A stretch of 64,000 nt of DNA, taken from NCBI GenBank assembly GCA_947258975.1, contig CAMYKK010000013.1, forward strand, positions 9,496 to 73,495, written 5' to 3'. The notes under the pieces were generated by a model, which made no database searches, had not been told where the DNA came from, and saw nothing but the letters and a program-made list of their open reading frames with translations. Within the stretch, counting starts at the first letter, position 1, and every line of letters begins with the position of its first letter. A program made the translations under genes and the position numbers. Below, in pieces: positions 17,851 to 26,967 of the stretch. Source of the stretch: an uncultured Gammaproteobacteria bacterium. GTDB taxonomy: Bacteria; Pseudomonadota; Gammaproteobacteria; Arenicellales; JAANXG01.

Positions 17851-17960
17851 CCGGCATTTGGCTCGTATTACCAGCCGTAGCGCACCGGGTGAGTGGTCGC
17901 AATGCAAACGGGGGGCTGAGTAAACAGTCTCCCACAATTACATCGAGCTATAGATTGAAC

Positions 17961-18344
17961 TCAGTTCCGGAAACCGTATTCCAGTACCCAGTAGCTCGGG
18001 TTGAGATCCGCCATTGGTCCACGCAGCTTCGCCAACTCCTCTTCGGGACCATGGACCTGCAAATCCGTGAGCTCCAGCAATCCCGACCCCAGGACTTCCT
18101 GCAGCAGTGGTCCTACATTGTCAAGATGGGCCAGCGCACCTTCTCCACCTGTATAACCTTCACGGCAATGTAACCGGTTGCCGCAAATGGTGAAGCCATA
18201 GTACAGGCAATCCTTTTCCGCTTTGGTCAGTTCCACGAACTTTTCCAGATAGGATCTGGCATTATCCGTTTCGCCCTCTTTGATGACGAAATAGGGCTGT
18301 ATGGTAACGCAGTGATCATCGGTTGCCACGGTTCTCTCCTCCAT
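17961..18344 (-). CDS. ABM-like (ferredoxin-fold monooxygenase superfamily) protein
   Basis: 127 aa. VTIQPYFVIKEG...EKDCLYYGF...REGYTGGEGALAHLDNVG resembles the antibiotic-biosynthesis-monooxygenase domain pattern. Confidence 0.5.
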   Translation of the reverse strand: MEERTVATDDHCVTIQPYFVIKEGETDNARSYLEKFVELTKAEKDCLYYGFTICGNRLHCREGYTGGEGALAHLDNVGPLLQEVLGSGLLELTDLQVHGPEEELAKLRGPMADLNPSYWVLEYGFRN

Positions 18345-18432
18345 ATCCAGTTGCAGTGCTCGGTCTCAATCGACTATACCCTAGCCCCGCATATTGCACC
18401 AAGGTTCCCGGATGATGGCAGCGGGATCGGTT

Positions 18433-18491
18433 GGCAAAAAATAGAAAAATATAGGGGGGGGTCGGAGTCACAGACTCCGACCCCCCCTATA
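18433..18491 (-). terminator. Long GC hairpin plus U-tract (minus strand); member of a palindromic element family with 52535..52579
   Basis: TATAGGGGGGGGTCGGAGTC-aca-GACTCCGACCCCCCCTATA. On the minus strand it is followed by TTTTTCTATTTTTTGCC. Confidence 0.55.
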
Positions 18492-18519
18492 TTTAAAGCC
18501 GGCGACCTGCCCGTTCTTA

Positions 18520-18696
18520 TCATGATGTTGAAGCTGCGGGCATTGCCATGTCATCAAGGGCACGCTCTTCCAACGTAGCAAGGATCGCATACTGGCGCAG
18601 TGCCCTTAGTCGCTTCGTTTCATTTAGCGGCCGTGGCGCCTTCACGTACTGTTTTCCTCGCAACTCACTCGGCAGTTCGACTGGTGTGTCAGACAA
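18520..18696 (-). pseudogene. N-terminal fragment of a GAF-domain signalling protein
   Basis: The minus-strand frame reads ...APRPLNETKRLRALRQYAILATLEERALDDMAMPAASTS*. It matches the common P-x-NE-x-x-RL-x-AL-x-x-Y-x-IL-x-T-x-x-E leader of GAF proteins, then stops after about 10 more codons. Confidence 0.4.
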
Positions 18697-19085
18697 AAGT
18701 GCGAGCGGCAGATCGGTAAATTTAATGCGGGCACTCGCGCACCCAGGCGGTACCGCGCATATCGATCTAATTTACTGCATTATGCATGGTATTCGCTGCG
18801 AACGTGCTCTCATCCTTCTTTATCGTGACTTAAAACCTGGGCAATCCCGACCATCCCGCTAGGATGAATCCATGGTCCCGAAAGAGTACCATCATTGGAT
18901 TCAAGCGGTTGAATTCACTCAGAAACGGACCGGATACGGCGACTTGAGGAACGCCCGTAACAATCCGTTCTTCGTATTGATTGGGGTACTACGCGCACCG
19001 CCCAGGCAGCCGCGTACCGCGCAACTGATCAACACGGCAGAATTCCCGAGGGCACACGAAGTCTGACAAAATACCGGCGGCGATT

Positions 19086-19808
19086 ATGGAGAACAGACGC
19101 AATTACTATCGCATCCTCCACGTGCAACCAGATGCACCGGTGGAGGTGATCCGCGCGAGCTTCAGGACCTTGATGCAACAGCTCAGGAGGCATCCAGACT
19201 TGGGAGGCGATCACTGGAATGCCGCGCTGATCAACGAAGCCCACAGCGTTTTGACCGACTTCGCCAGACGGGCCGCATACGATCGCAAGAGAATCACCCG
19301 GGTCAAAAGTGCCGCTGTGAGCGGGGAAGCGCGCACAGCTCCCGCGGGGGACACCGCGTATCGACGCCCCGGCGATGCCGCCCAGTGCCCTTTCTGTCAA
19401 ACTCCAAACACCGGCGGCGTGGTAGGCAAGCCAGACGCTAGATGCCGGGAATGTGGCAGTCCGCTATGTATGGCGGAAAGACTGCGGCTCGAACACGACG
19501 ACAAGCGGGCGGTAAAACGTATGCGCCGGTCTCATGCAGTTGCATTCAACACCACCTGGCCGCAGGCGAACCGCTGCGCGGGAACCACCCGCGATATCTC
19601 GCTCAACGGAATGCAATTCGCAACTCCGCACACTGTCGTGGAGGGCCAATTGCTCAAACTTGATTGCGACCTGTGCAGCGCAGTCGCACGGGTGGTGGCC
19701 CGCCGGCGCAAACGCCACGGATTGAGGATGGTTTGGATCGTGGGAGTGGAATTTATCACGTTGCGCTTTGCGACCACCCAAGGCGCATTTGTCTCCGCCA
19801 AAGCGTAA
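19086..19808 (+). CDS. J-domain / Cys4 zinc-ribbon / PilZ-domain fusion protein
   Basis: J domain YYRILHVQPDAPVEVIRASFRTLMQQLRRHPDLGGD (HPD present). Zinc ribbon CPFC...CREC. PilZ motifs RAVKRMRR (RxxxR) and DISLNG (DxSxxG). Confidence 0.8.
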   Translation: MENRRNYYRILHVQPDAPVEVIRASFRTLMQQLRRHPDLGGDHWNAALINEAHSVLTDFARRAAYDRKRITRVKSAAVSGEARTAPAGDTAYRRPGDAAQCPFCQTPNTGGVVGKPDARCRECGSPLCMAERLRLEHDDKRAVKRMRRSHAVAFNTTWPQANRCAGTTRDISLNGMQFATPHTVVEGQLLKLDCDLCSAVARVVARRRKRHGLRMVWIVGVEFITLRFATTQGAFVSAKA

Positions 19809-19991
19809 CCCGGTGCGTGCCAGCGGTTAAACCCCGTCCGGGGCCCATGCACCAACGGTCTCCTGTATTGCTCGCCGTACCCGCTTCGCTCGTTTATTTC
19901 CGTGTCTCATCACGTCATGCGATTGCTCCGCTGACGGGTGTTGACCCCTGTCACACGAGTGGGTGCTGACCAGTCCGCATTGATTGCCAGT

Positions 19992-22586
19992 TTAAAACCT
20001 TCGCCCTATGGCGGTTGCCAGTTGCGTTACGCGGCTGCGCTTGGCGATGAGTACGGGCCATTCGGAGACACCGATCAGGCGGTCGGTGGGACTATTGGGC
20101 AGCAATCGGTAGAGGCCGCCGTGACGCTTGCCGAGGATGATCAGATCCGCACCGACCTCACGGGCGAGGGAGGCCAGGGCCTCGGCGGGTACGCCGGTGA
20201 CCACGCGGGCGTCGGCGTCCACGCCTTCCTGACGCAGAGTTTCGGCGGCTTCATTCACAAGATCCGTCAGCGCTCCTGCGGACGGTGCGCCTTTTTTGAC
20301 CACGAGCCCCAGGGTAACGGGCACGCCCGTCGCCCTGGCCAATGTGCTGGCCAAACCGATGGCGTCCTCCACCGAAGGATTACCGTCGTATCCAACCAGG
20401 ATACGATGCTTCCACATGTGCCCGTCTTTGGGCACCACGAGCACACTGCTTTGCGCTTCGTCGATGACCCTGGCGGCGTGCGTCCCGACCATCCGATCCG
20501 CTAATCCTTCCGGTGGGCGCCGGCCGATGACCAACAGACGGATGTCCGCGGCCTGGACGGCGGCCGCAATCTCGTGCGCCGGGTCTGAACCGAAGTACAG
20601 TAAGGTCTCGATTTTCACGCCTTGCCGGCGCGCCAGATCGGCGGTTTCCTCCAAACGCGCGCGGCCGCGGTGTTCTTCGGACGTGGCGGTGGCCATGGTC
20701 ATTACGTCCAGGGTGATACCCAACCGGCTCGCGAGGGCCAATGCCACATCCCGCGGGGCGTGGCTAAACACCGTACCGTCGGTAGCAAACATCAACCGTA
20801 GGCGACGCTCTCCGTCCGGTAACTTGTCACCGTGACACTCGCGAAAGATCCGCGCCTTGCACGGACGGCAAATATCGGGATCCAAGGTCCAGTACAAGGG
20901 ACCGGTGATATCGGACCTGTCGGGGAAGATACTGTCCTTGCCGATGTCCTGCAGATACTCGCCTTGATGCAGAAACCTGTATACCGAATCCTTGAGCTCC
21001 CAGAAGTACAATCCTCCCCCAAGACGGCGGCGGCGGCGGGCCTCCTGGGCCAACATCTCGGCCCCGGCGACGTCGACGAAGCTGATCGCGGGGGCCGCGA
21101 TGACCGCGGTCTTCTGGGTTGGGTTGTCTGCGTCAATCCGTTGCAGCCCACGCTGGATATGGTCCACGGCACCAAAATAGAGCGCGCCGTGGATGCGTGC
21201 AAAGCGGATCTGGGGACACTCCGGTCGGCCCTTGGGCTCTTCGAAGTGCAGCGTCTGGGCATCACCGGCGGGCACTACCGTTTCAATCTCCGGCCGCGAG
21301 GTTCGATACAGGTACATAATCAGCGACAGCAGCACACCCAGAAATATCCCCCGCTCCAGGTTGATCAGCGTACCGACCAATGTGACCCACAAGATGGCGG
21401 TCTCCGGCTTGCTGGTCTGCCAGATGGACTTGATGTGATGAAAGTCGATGAGACCCCAAGCCACCAGAAATAGAATTCCGGCCATTGCCGCGGTGGGCAG
21501 GTAGACAGCCAGGGGCGCGACGAACAACAGGATAATCACCAGGAGTACGGAGGCGAATACCGTGGCCAGGGGTGTCCGCGCTCCCGCTTCGTAGTTGACA
21601 CCGCTGCGATTGAACGAGCCGGAGACCGTGTAGGCCGAGAAAAAGCTGCCGAGAATGTTTGACAGCCCCTGTCCGACAAACTCCTGGTTGCCGTCAACGA
21701 GCTGTTCGGAACGGGTGGCGATGGCGCGGGAGATGGACACCGCTTCGGTAAGTGCCAGCATCGTGATGACCAGGGCGGGCAGTGCCGTTTGCTGGAGCGC
21801 GGAAAGAGAGAAATCCGGCGCGGACAATGGCGGCAATCCGCTGGGCAGCGCACCCACGGTCTTGATGCCAGTTTCAGCCTCGCCACCAAACCGGATATTG
21901 ACGAAGGTGGCCACCACGCTGCCCACAATCATGGCGACGATCATGTACGGGAACTTGGGTATGTAACGCCGGGCCAGAATGCCGGACGCCAGGGTAGCAA
22001 TCCCCACTGCGGTAACAAACGGGTTTATGTCGCCGACCTGGACCAGGAATTGTTGGATGATTTCAAAGAACGGGGTCCCCCTGGTAATCGACACCCCAAA
22101 AAACTTGCTGATCTGGCTCCCGGCGATGAGCATGGCGGCACCCGCCGTAAAACCGATGACCACGGTGTGTGAGATGAAATTGACTAGGGTGCCCATGCGC
22201 GCCAGACCCAAAACCCATTGATACAGCCCAACCAGGAAGGTCAGAGTCAGTGCCAAACGAATGTACTGGTCGGTGCCCGGCTCGGCCATATCCTGCAAGG
22301 CGGCGAATAGCGCGATGGAAATGGCCGTGGTCGGACCCGACACCATGTGCCAGCTGGAGCCAAACATCGCGGCGACGATCGCCGGGACCATCGCGGCGTA
22401 AAGACCATACTGAGGCGGCAAGCCGGCGATCGTGGCGAAGGCCACGCCCTGGGGCAGAACAATCAGGGCGCCGGTGAGACCGGCCATGGCGTCGTCCTTC
22501 AACGTGGCACGGGTAACAAGCGGCCACCATTGGCAAAATGGCATGAATGGACTCAGCCAGGCATACGGTGGACGCGTGTCTGCCAT
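19992..22586 (-). CDS. SulP-family anion transporter fused to STAS and two universal-stress-protein (USP) domains
   Basis: 864 aa. SulP core (…LTGALIVLPQGVAFATIAGLPPQYGLY…), then STAS (…RIHGALYFGAVDHIQ…FVDVAGAEML…), then two USP-like halves (…LLVIGRRPP…SSVLVVP… and …DLIILGKRHGG…WPVLIAK). Confidence 0.9.
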   Translation of the reverse strand: MADTRPPYAWLSPFMPFCQWWPLVTRATLKDDAMAGLTGALIVLPQGVAFATIAGLPPQYGLYAAMVPAIVAAMFGSSWHMVSGPTTAISIALFAALQDMAEPGTDQYIRLALTLTFLVGLYQWVLGLARMGTLVNFISHTVVIGFTAGAAMLIAGSQISKFFGVSITRGTPFFEIIQQFLVQVGDINPFVTAVGIATLASGILARRYIPKFPYMIVAMIVGSVVATFVNIRFGGEAETGIKTVGALPSGLPPLSAPDFSLSALQQTALPALVITMLALTEAVSISRAIATRSEQLVDGNQEFVGQGLSNILGSFFSAYTVSGSFNRSGVNYEAGARTPLATVFASVLLVIILLFVAPLAVYLPTAAMAGILFLVAWGLIDFHHIKSIWQTSKPETAILWVTLVGTLINLERGIFLGVLLSLIMYLYRTSRPEIETVVPAGDAQTLHFEEPKGRPECPQIRFARIHGALYFGAVDHIQRGLQRIDADNPTQKTAVIAAPAISFVDVAGAEMLAQEARRRRRLGGGLYFWELKDSVYRFLHQGEYLQDIGKDSIFPDRSDITGPLYWTLDPDICRPCKARIFRECHGDKLPDGERRLRLMFATDGTVFSHAPRDVALALASRLGITLDVMTMATATSEEHRGRARLEETADLARRQGVKIETLLYFGSDPAHEIAAAVQAADIRLLVIGRRPPEGLADRMVGTHAARVIDEAQSSVLVVPKDGHMWKHRILVGYDGNPSVEDAIGLASTLARATGVPVTLGLVVKKGAPSAGALTDLVNEAAETLRQEGVDADARVVTGVPAEALASLAREVGADLIILGKRHGGLYRLLPNSPTDRLIGVSEWPVLIAKRSRVTQLATAIGRRF

Positions 22587-23043
22587 GAAATTGCGTTGAT
22601 GACGATTAGGGAACTATGCGGTTTCTATCATTCCCGCAAATGAACAACAAGCAAGTAAATCAAGCGCGAGGCACTTAGAGCGGAGATCGCATCAAGGATC
22701 CAGGATGATAGGGATAATATGCGGGTCAATGGGTCCCAACTATGCGATCGTTCCCAATGGCGCGCAGCGGATGCGGCAATTTGTCCCTGCTCGCGATGGC
22801 GACCGTGACATCCTGCTTACTCAATCGACCCTGACGCCGCGGTAATGGCGTTAACGGGTTCGCAGTACGCATCGACGAAGACAACATCAATTGCCGCGTG
22901 AAGGGGGCGGGACGCGGTGTTTTTTGATCTAGGTCAGGGCACATGTACACCGATTGAGGCCAAATGCACAGCGATCAATCGATCTGGTATGGCATGGCCG
23001 TGTCCGCCGTGGCGGCCTGGTCGATGTCGACAGGAGAAACCGC

Positions 23044-23997
23044 ATGTTTGAATTGACCAGTCTGAAAATCCCGCTGGTGGGCGTTACCGAATCCGCGGCA
23101 CGGGCCTGCGCCCCCTTCATCGGGTCGGGTAAAAAGGATGAAGGTGACGGCATGGCGGTAGACGCCATGCGCTCGGCACTCAACCAAATCGAGATGGCGG
23201 GTACCATCGTTATCGGGGAAGGGGCCAAGGACGATGCGCCGATGTTGTTCGACGGTGAGATCGTCGGGACCGGGCAGGGTCCGAAGATCGACATCGCGGT
23301 CGATCCAATCGAGGGCACCAATTTGTTCGCCACCGACGCCCCCGGGTCAATCTGCACCTTGGCTGCGGCACCGGCGGGCACCATGTACCGCCCGGGGGTG
23401 TGTTTCTATATGGACAAGCAGGTCTACCCGCGATCGGCACGCGGACGTATCGACCCACAGGCGCCAGTTCGGGATCGCCTCGCGGCGCTTGCCGATGCAG
23501 TGAACAAGGACATCGGTGACATCAAGGTCTTCGTCCTGAGCAAGCCGCGCCACGAGCGGCTGGTCAGCGAGATCTACGGCGTCGGCGCCAAGGTCCGTCT
23601 GGTTAGCGACGGCGATGTCAATGGCGCCGTGATGGCGATCTTGAACCAAGGGGTGGACGCATTGTTTGGAATCGGCGGCACTCCGGAGGGGATCGTCAGC
23701 GCCTGCGCGGCGCGCGCGATGGGCGCCGAAATGTTTGGCCGCATGGCGCCACAGAAGACCGAAGAGGTACAGGCATGCCGGACCGAGGGAGTGGATACCG
23801 AAAACTGGCTGGACCGGGATACGCTGATCGGCTCTGATGACATCCTTTTTCTCGCTTCGGGGCTGACGCGCGGGGATTACGTCGACGGAGTGGTTATGGG
23901 CCGTGACGCCACCGGCCATTTCATCGCCACCGATACCATCGTGATTGCCGGCGCCAATGGTAACGTGCGGCGCATCCGTACCAGCGTCCACCAATAA
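23044..23997 (+). CDS. glpX: Class II fructose-1,6-bisphosphatase (GlpX type)
   Basis: VTESAARACAPFIGSGKKDEGDGMAVDAMR…IVIGEGAKDDAPML…DIAVDPIEGTN…GIGGTPEG. Start moved to the ATG at 23044; the ORF track begins at 22954. Confidence 0.9.
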   Translation: MFELTSLKIPLVGVTESAARACAPFIGSGKKDEGDGMAVDAMRSALNQIEMAGTIVIGEGAKDDAPMLFDGEIVGTGQGPKIDIAVDPIEGTNLFATDAPGSICTLAAAPAGTMYRPGVCFYMDKQVYPRSARGRIDPQAPVRDRLAALADAVNKDIGDIKVFVLSKPRHERLVSEIYGVGAKVRLVSDGDVNGAVMAILNQGVDALFGIGGTPEGIVSACAARAMGAEMFGRMAPQKTEEVQACRTEGVDTENWLDRDTLIGSDDILFLASGLTRGDYVDGVVMGRDATGHFIATDTIVIAGANGNVRRIRTSVHQ

Positions 23998-24129
23998 TAC
24001 CCGCGTTCGAGCCCGGTAAGGAACGCATACGTTTGTCCAAGTACTTGACGAACACGGGGTTCGCATTCGCATCGTGACCAAACCACATGCAGCCGAGTAG
24101 TTACCTAATACTGCCGCCGCATAACTTCA

Positions 24130-26211
24130 CTACGCCTCCTTGCGAAGGCCCGCCAAGTTTCCCTCGACAAGCAACTGGCTGAATTCTTCCGCAGGTACGG
24201 GATGGCTGAATAAGAATCCCTGCGCTTCATCGCATCCGTGGGATTGAAGGAATTCGAGTTGTTCTTCATTTTCGACGCCTTCGGCGATCAAACCCAGCTT
24301 CAAAGCGCGTGCCAGGGAGGCAATCGCGTGCGTAATCTCAGCGTCCTTACGGTCGGTCATGAGATTGTTGATGAAACTCCTGTCGATCTTCAATATGTCG
24401 ATCGGAAACCGGTTCAAGCAGTTGAGCGAGGAGTAGCCGGAGCCGAAGTCGTCGATGGACAGAAAGACGCCGATCTCCTTCAACTCGTTCATCATATCGA
24501 TGCCGCCGCGCGTATCTTCGATGAGCAGACCTTCAGTGAGTTCGAGCTCGAGGAACCGTGGCTCCAGGCCGCTCTCTTGCAAGATCTCGCTGATCGTAAC
24601 CACCAGGGATTCGTCCCTGAATTGGGACGCGGATATGTTTACTGAGATTCGCGTGCGCATCATACCGGCGTCCTGCCAGAGCTTGTTTTGCTTACACGCG
24701 GTGCGGAGAACCCACTCTCCCACCGGCACTATGAGTCGCGTGTCTTCGAGGATCGACAGGAATTTATCCGGTGCTAACAGACCCAATCGAGGATGGTTCC
24801 AGCGCAACAGTGCTTCCATACCGACAATATGGCCACCGGGAAGCGCAACCTTGGGTTGATAATACAAGACAAATTCTTCATTTTTCAGTGCCTGCTGCAG
24901 CTCGGCTTCAAGGGTGAATCGCTCAATCGCATGGACATTCAAGTCGGCAGTATAAGTCGCATACATATTGCGTCCAGATTGCTTGGCGCGGTACATCGCC
25001 GCATCTGCGCCCTTGACCAGTGCGTCGACATCAGCCGCATCCGTGGGGTATATCGCTATCCCAATACTGACGGTAATCGTCATCTCGTGATTGCCAAGTT
25101 GAACAGATTCCGCAATCGCGTCAATCAATCGTTGGGCGACCCTGGCCGCATCCTCGGCGTGACGTAGATTCTCCAGCATAACGGTAAACTCGTCGCCACC
25201 CATGCGGAACACCATGTCGCTCTCTCTCGCTACGTTGTGAATCCGCTTTGCGACCACGCGTAGCAATTGATCGCCCGCATCGTGGCCGAGGCTGTCGTTG
25301 ACAACCTTAAACCGGTCGAGATCGAGAAACAGTAGCCCGACGAGATTCTTGCCGCGTTTGGCACGTGCGATCATCTCGTCCATTCGCTCACCAAAGCTGA
25401 CCCGGTTAGGCAGGCCGGTCAGCGCGTCATGATATGCTTGATAGCGAACTTTGTCTTCGTTTTTCCTGCGCTCCTGTTCCTGGGTGGTGATAATATTGTC
25501 GGCGCGCTTGACGATCATAAACAGGAACAGATAAAGAGCGCCCAAGGCGATCGACACTACCAGAATGATCTGTTTTTGAGTGCGGTTGAGCTCATCGACT
25601 AAATCGGTGACATCGGAATACAGTTCAAACACCGCCTCCACGGTTCCATTGCCGCTCGTGACTGGTATATACGAGGTGACCAGATTACGATCCACAATGA
25701 ACCGCTCGAACGCGTAGAATTCGTTGCGAAAGGTTATCGAGCTGGCGACGTCTCCGCGCCGCGCCGTTTGAAATCCTGTGTTATCGCTCTTGTCTATGCC
25801 GATCTGTTTTTCATCCGTTGAAAAGACCGTCAAGCCGTCAAGGTTGTAGATCTTCACCTTGACGACATTCAGGTCATCCATTTGGGCAATGATATCCGCG
25901 CGCAGCGCGCTGATCTCTTCCCGTTTGCCAAGTTCAACCCGCGGGATGTTCGTGGCGGATCTGACGAATGCCGCATACCGCGGCCACACCGAGTTCACAA
26001 AGGCTTTGGCGAGCGACACATTGCTGCGGGTTTGATGAGCCATCAACGCCTCCGTCGTGTGGGTGCGGTAAAACACGGACAATACGGTGACCACGGCGAT
26101 GATCGCGAAGAAACTCACGATGGAAAAATAACGGCTCAATTTGAACATTAAGATGGTTCCGGAAAGTGCGGCCCGTGTCCTTAAGCTTAGCCGTAGCAGC
26201 GTCGTATTCAA
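24130..26211 (-). CDS. Membrane sensor diguanylate cyclase/phosphodiesterase (GGDEF + EAL)
   Basis: Two TM segments flank a periplasmic domain of about 170 aa. GGDEF region: DALTGLPNR…RMGGDEFTVML. EAL region: YYQPKV…MEALLRW…DDFGSGYSSL. Confidence 0.9.
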   Translation of the reverse strand: MNTTLLRLSLRTRAALSGTILMFKLSRYFSIVSFFAIIAVVTVLSVFYRTHTTEALMAHQTRSNVSLAKAFVNSVWPRYAAFVRSATNIPRVELGKREEISALRADIIAQMDDLNVVKVKIYNLDGLTVFSTDEKQIGIDKSDNTGFQTARRGDVASSITFRNEFYAFERFIVDRNLVTSYIPVTSGNGTVEAVFELYSDVTDLVDELNRTQKQIILVVSIALGALYLFLFMIVKRADNIITTQEQERRKNEDKVRYQAYHDALTGLPNRVSFGERMDEMIARAKRGKNLVGLLFLDLDRFKVVNDSLGHDAGDQLLRVVAKRIHNVARESDMVFRMGGDEFTVMLENLRHAEDAARVAQRLIDAIAESVQLGNHEMTITVSIGIAIYPTDAADVDALVKGADAAMYRAKQSGRNMYATYTADLNVHAIERFTLEAELQQALKNEEFVLYYQPKVALPGGHIVGMEALLRWNHPRLGLLAPDKFLSILEDTRLIVPVGEWVLRTACKQNKLWQDAGMMRTRISVNISASQFRDESLVVTISEILQESGLEPRFLELELTEGLLIEDTRGGIDMMNELKEIGVFLSIDDFGSGYSSLNCLNRFPIDILKIDRSFINNLMTDRKDAEITHAIASLARALKLGLIAEGVENEEQLEFLQSHGCDEAQGFLFSHPVPAEEFSQLLVEGNLAGLRKEA

Positions 26212-26422
26212 CGTTCATCAGTTCAAGGCAAGCACTTACCGGAAAACACTGCAGAAAGAGACTGCCAGGGCCGAAGCAGCGGAGTTGTAATACGGCAAGA
26301 TTTCTTGGTGCTTGCTAAGACATTTCGAACGCCGACGCGGCAATGGAGCCGAATGTACGGATCCGCCGTGGTTGGTTGCACGCGGCCGGACTTAAGACAT
26401 CTACTCACTTCATGAATTGCGT

Positions 26423-26437
26423 TGGCACGCTCGCGGC
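26423..26437 (+). promoter_or_regulatory. Candidate sigma-54 promoter upstream of the hydrogenase operon
   Basis: TGGCACGCTCGCGGC has the GG-N10-GC spacing of the -24/-12 class. The -12 region (CGGC) is a weak match to TTGC. It lies about 115 nt upstream of the hupH-like ATG. Confidence 0.25.
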
Positions 26438-26550
26438 GGAGAACCCGCGATTCCCTATACCGCGTGGTTGACTCAGATCAAAGAAGGTCGGCAGAAATAG
26501 CGGTAGGTTGCCATATTAACGGGGAAAGTTGGGAACGTAACACAAAGTCG

Positions 26551-26967
26551 ATGACTGCTACTGCCGCCAACGATCATCAACCTCTCCTCTTCAATGCTGA
26601 GCCGATTCTCAATGAGATTCGTCACGGCCTGGACCAGTTATTGGCTGCCGGTACTGCCACCATCATCGATCTGCAACGGTTGCCGTTCGGTGTCGACGAC
26701 GAGCAGCACCTGCGCGACACGCTCGGTGATGGTGAGGTGCATGCGACCATTGACAGCCTCGGCAAAAGCTCGGTTCAAGAGACCGGTGTCGCGGGCGTTT
26801 GGTGGGTCACCCATTACAGTGATGATGGCGCGGTTCTCGGCAACTTCATTGAAGTGACGACTATCCCGGAGATCCTCAAGTCCCAACGCCCGGATATCGA
26901 GCACGGGCTGCGGAAGTTGCGCACGAACCTCGGCGCCGATCGATCTACTGCAACTGCCCAGGAGTAA
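26551..26967 (+). CDS. Hydrogenase expression/formation protein, single HupH/HyaF C-terminal-like domain
   Basis: 138 aa from the ATG at 26551. …LGDGEVHATI…VQETGVAGVWWVTHY…FIEVTTIPEIL resembles the HupH_C pattern. TAATG overlap with hynS. Confidence 0.5.
   Translation: MTATAANDHQPLLFNAEPILNEIRHGLDQLLAAGTATIIDLQRLPFGVDDEQHLRDTLGDGEVHATIDSLGKSSVQETGVAGVWWVTHYSDDGAVLGNFIEVTTIPEILKSQRPDIEHGLRKLRTNLGADRSTATAQE

Noticed and set aside
18548-18862. A 104-aa plus-strand ORF between the hairpin and the J-PilZ gene.
   Set aside because: No motif was recognised, and the opposite strand shows a recognisable GAF-leader fragment. It is probably non-coding.
18731-19030. An imperfect direct repeat (CGCGCACC..CAGGC..GTACCGCGCA..GATC) at about 18735-18767 and about 18992-19030, considered as possible target-site or duplication flanks.
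   Set aside because: The match needs two indels and consists largely of low-complexity CG-rich blocks. Nothing mobile lies between the copies, so it is not convincing without statistics.
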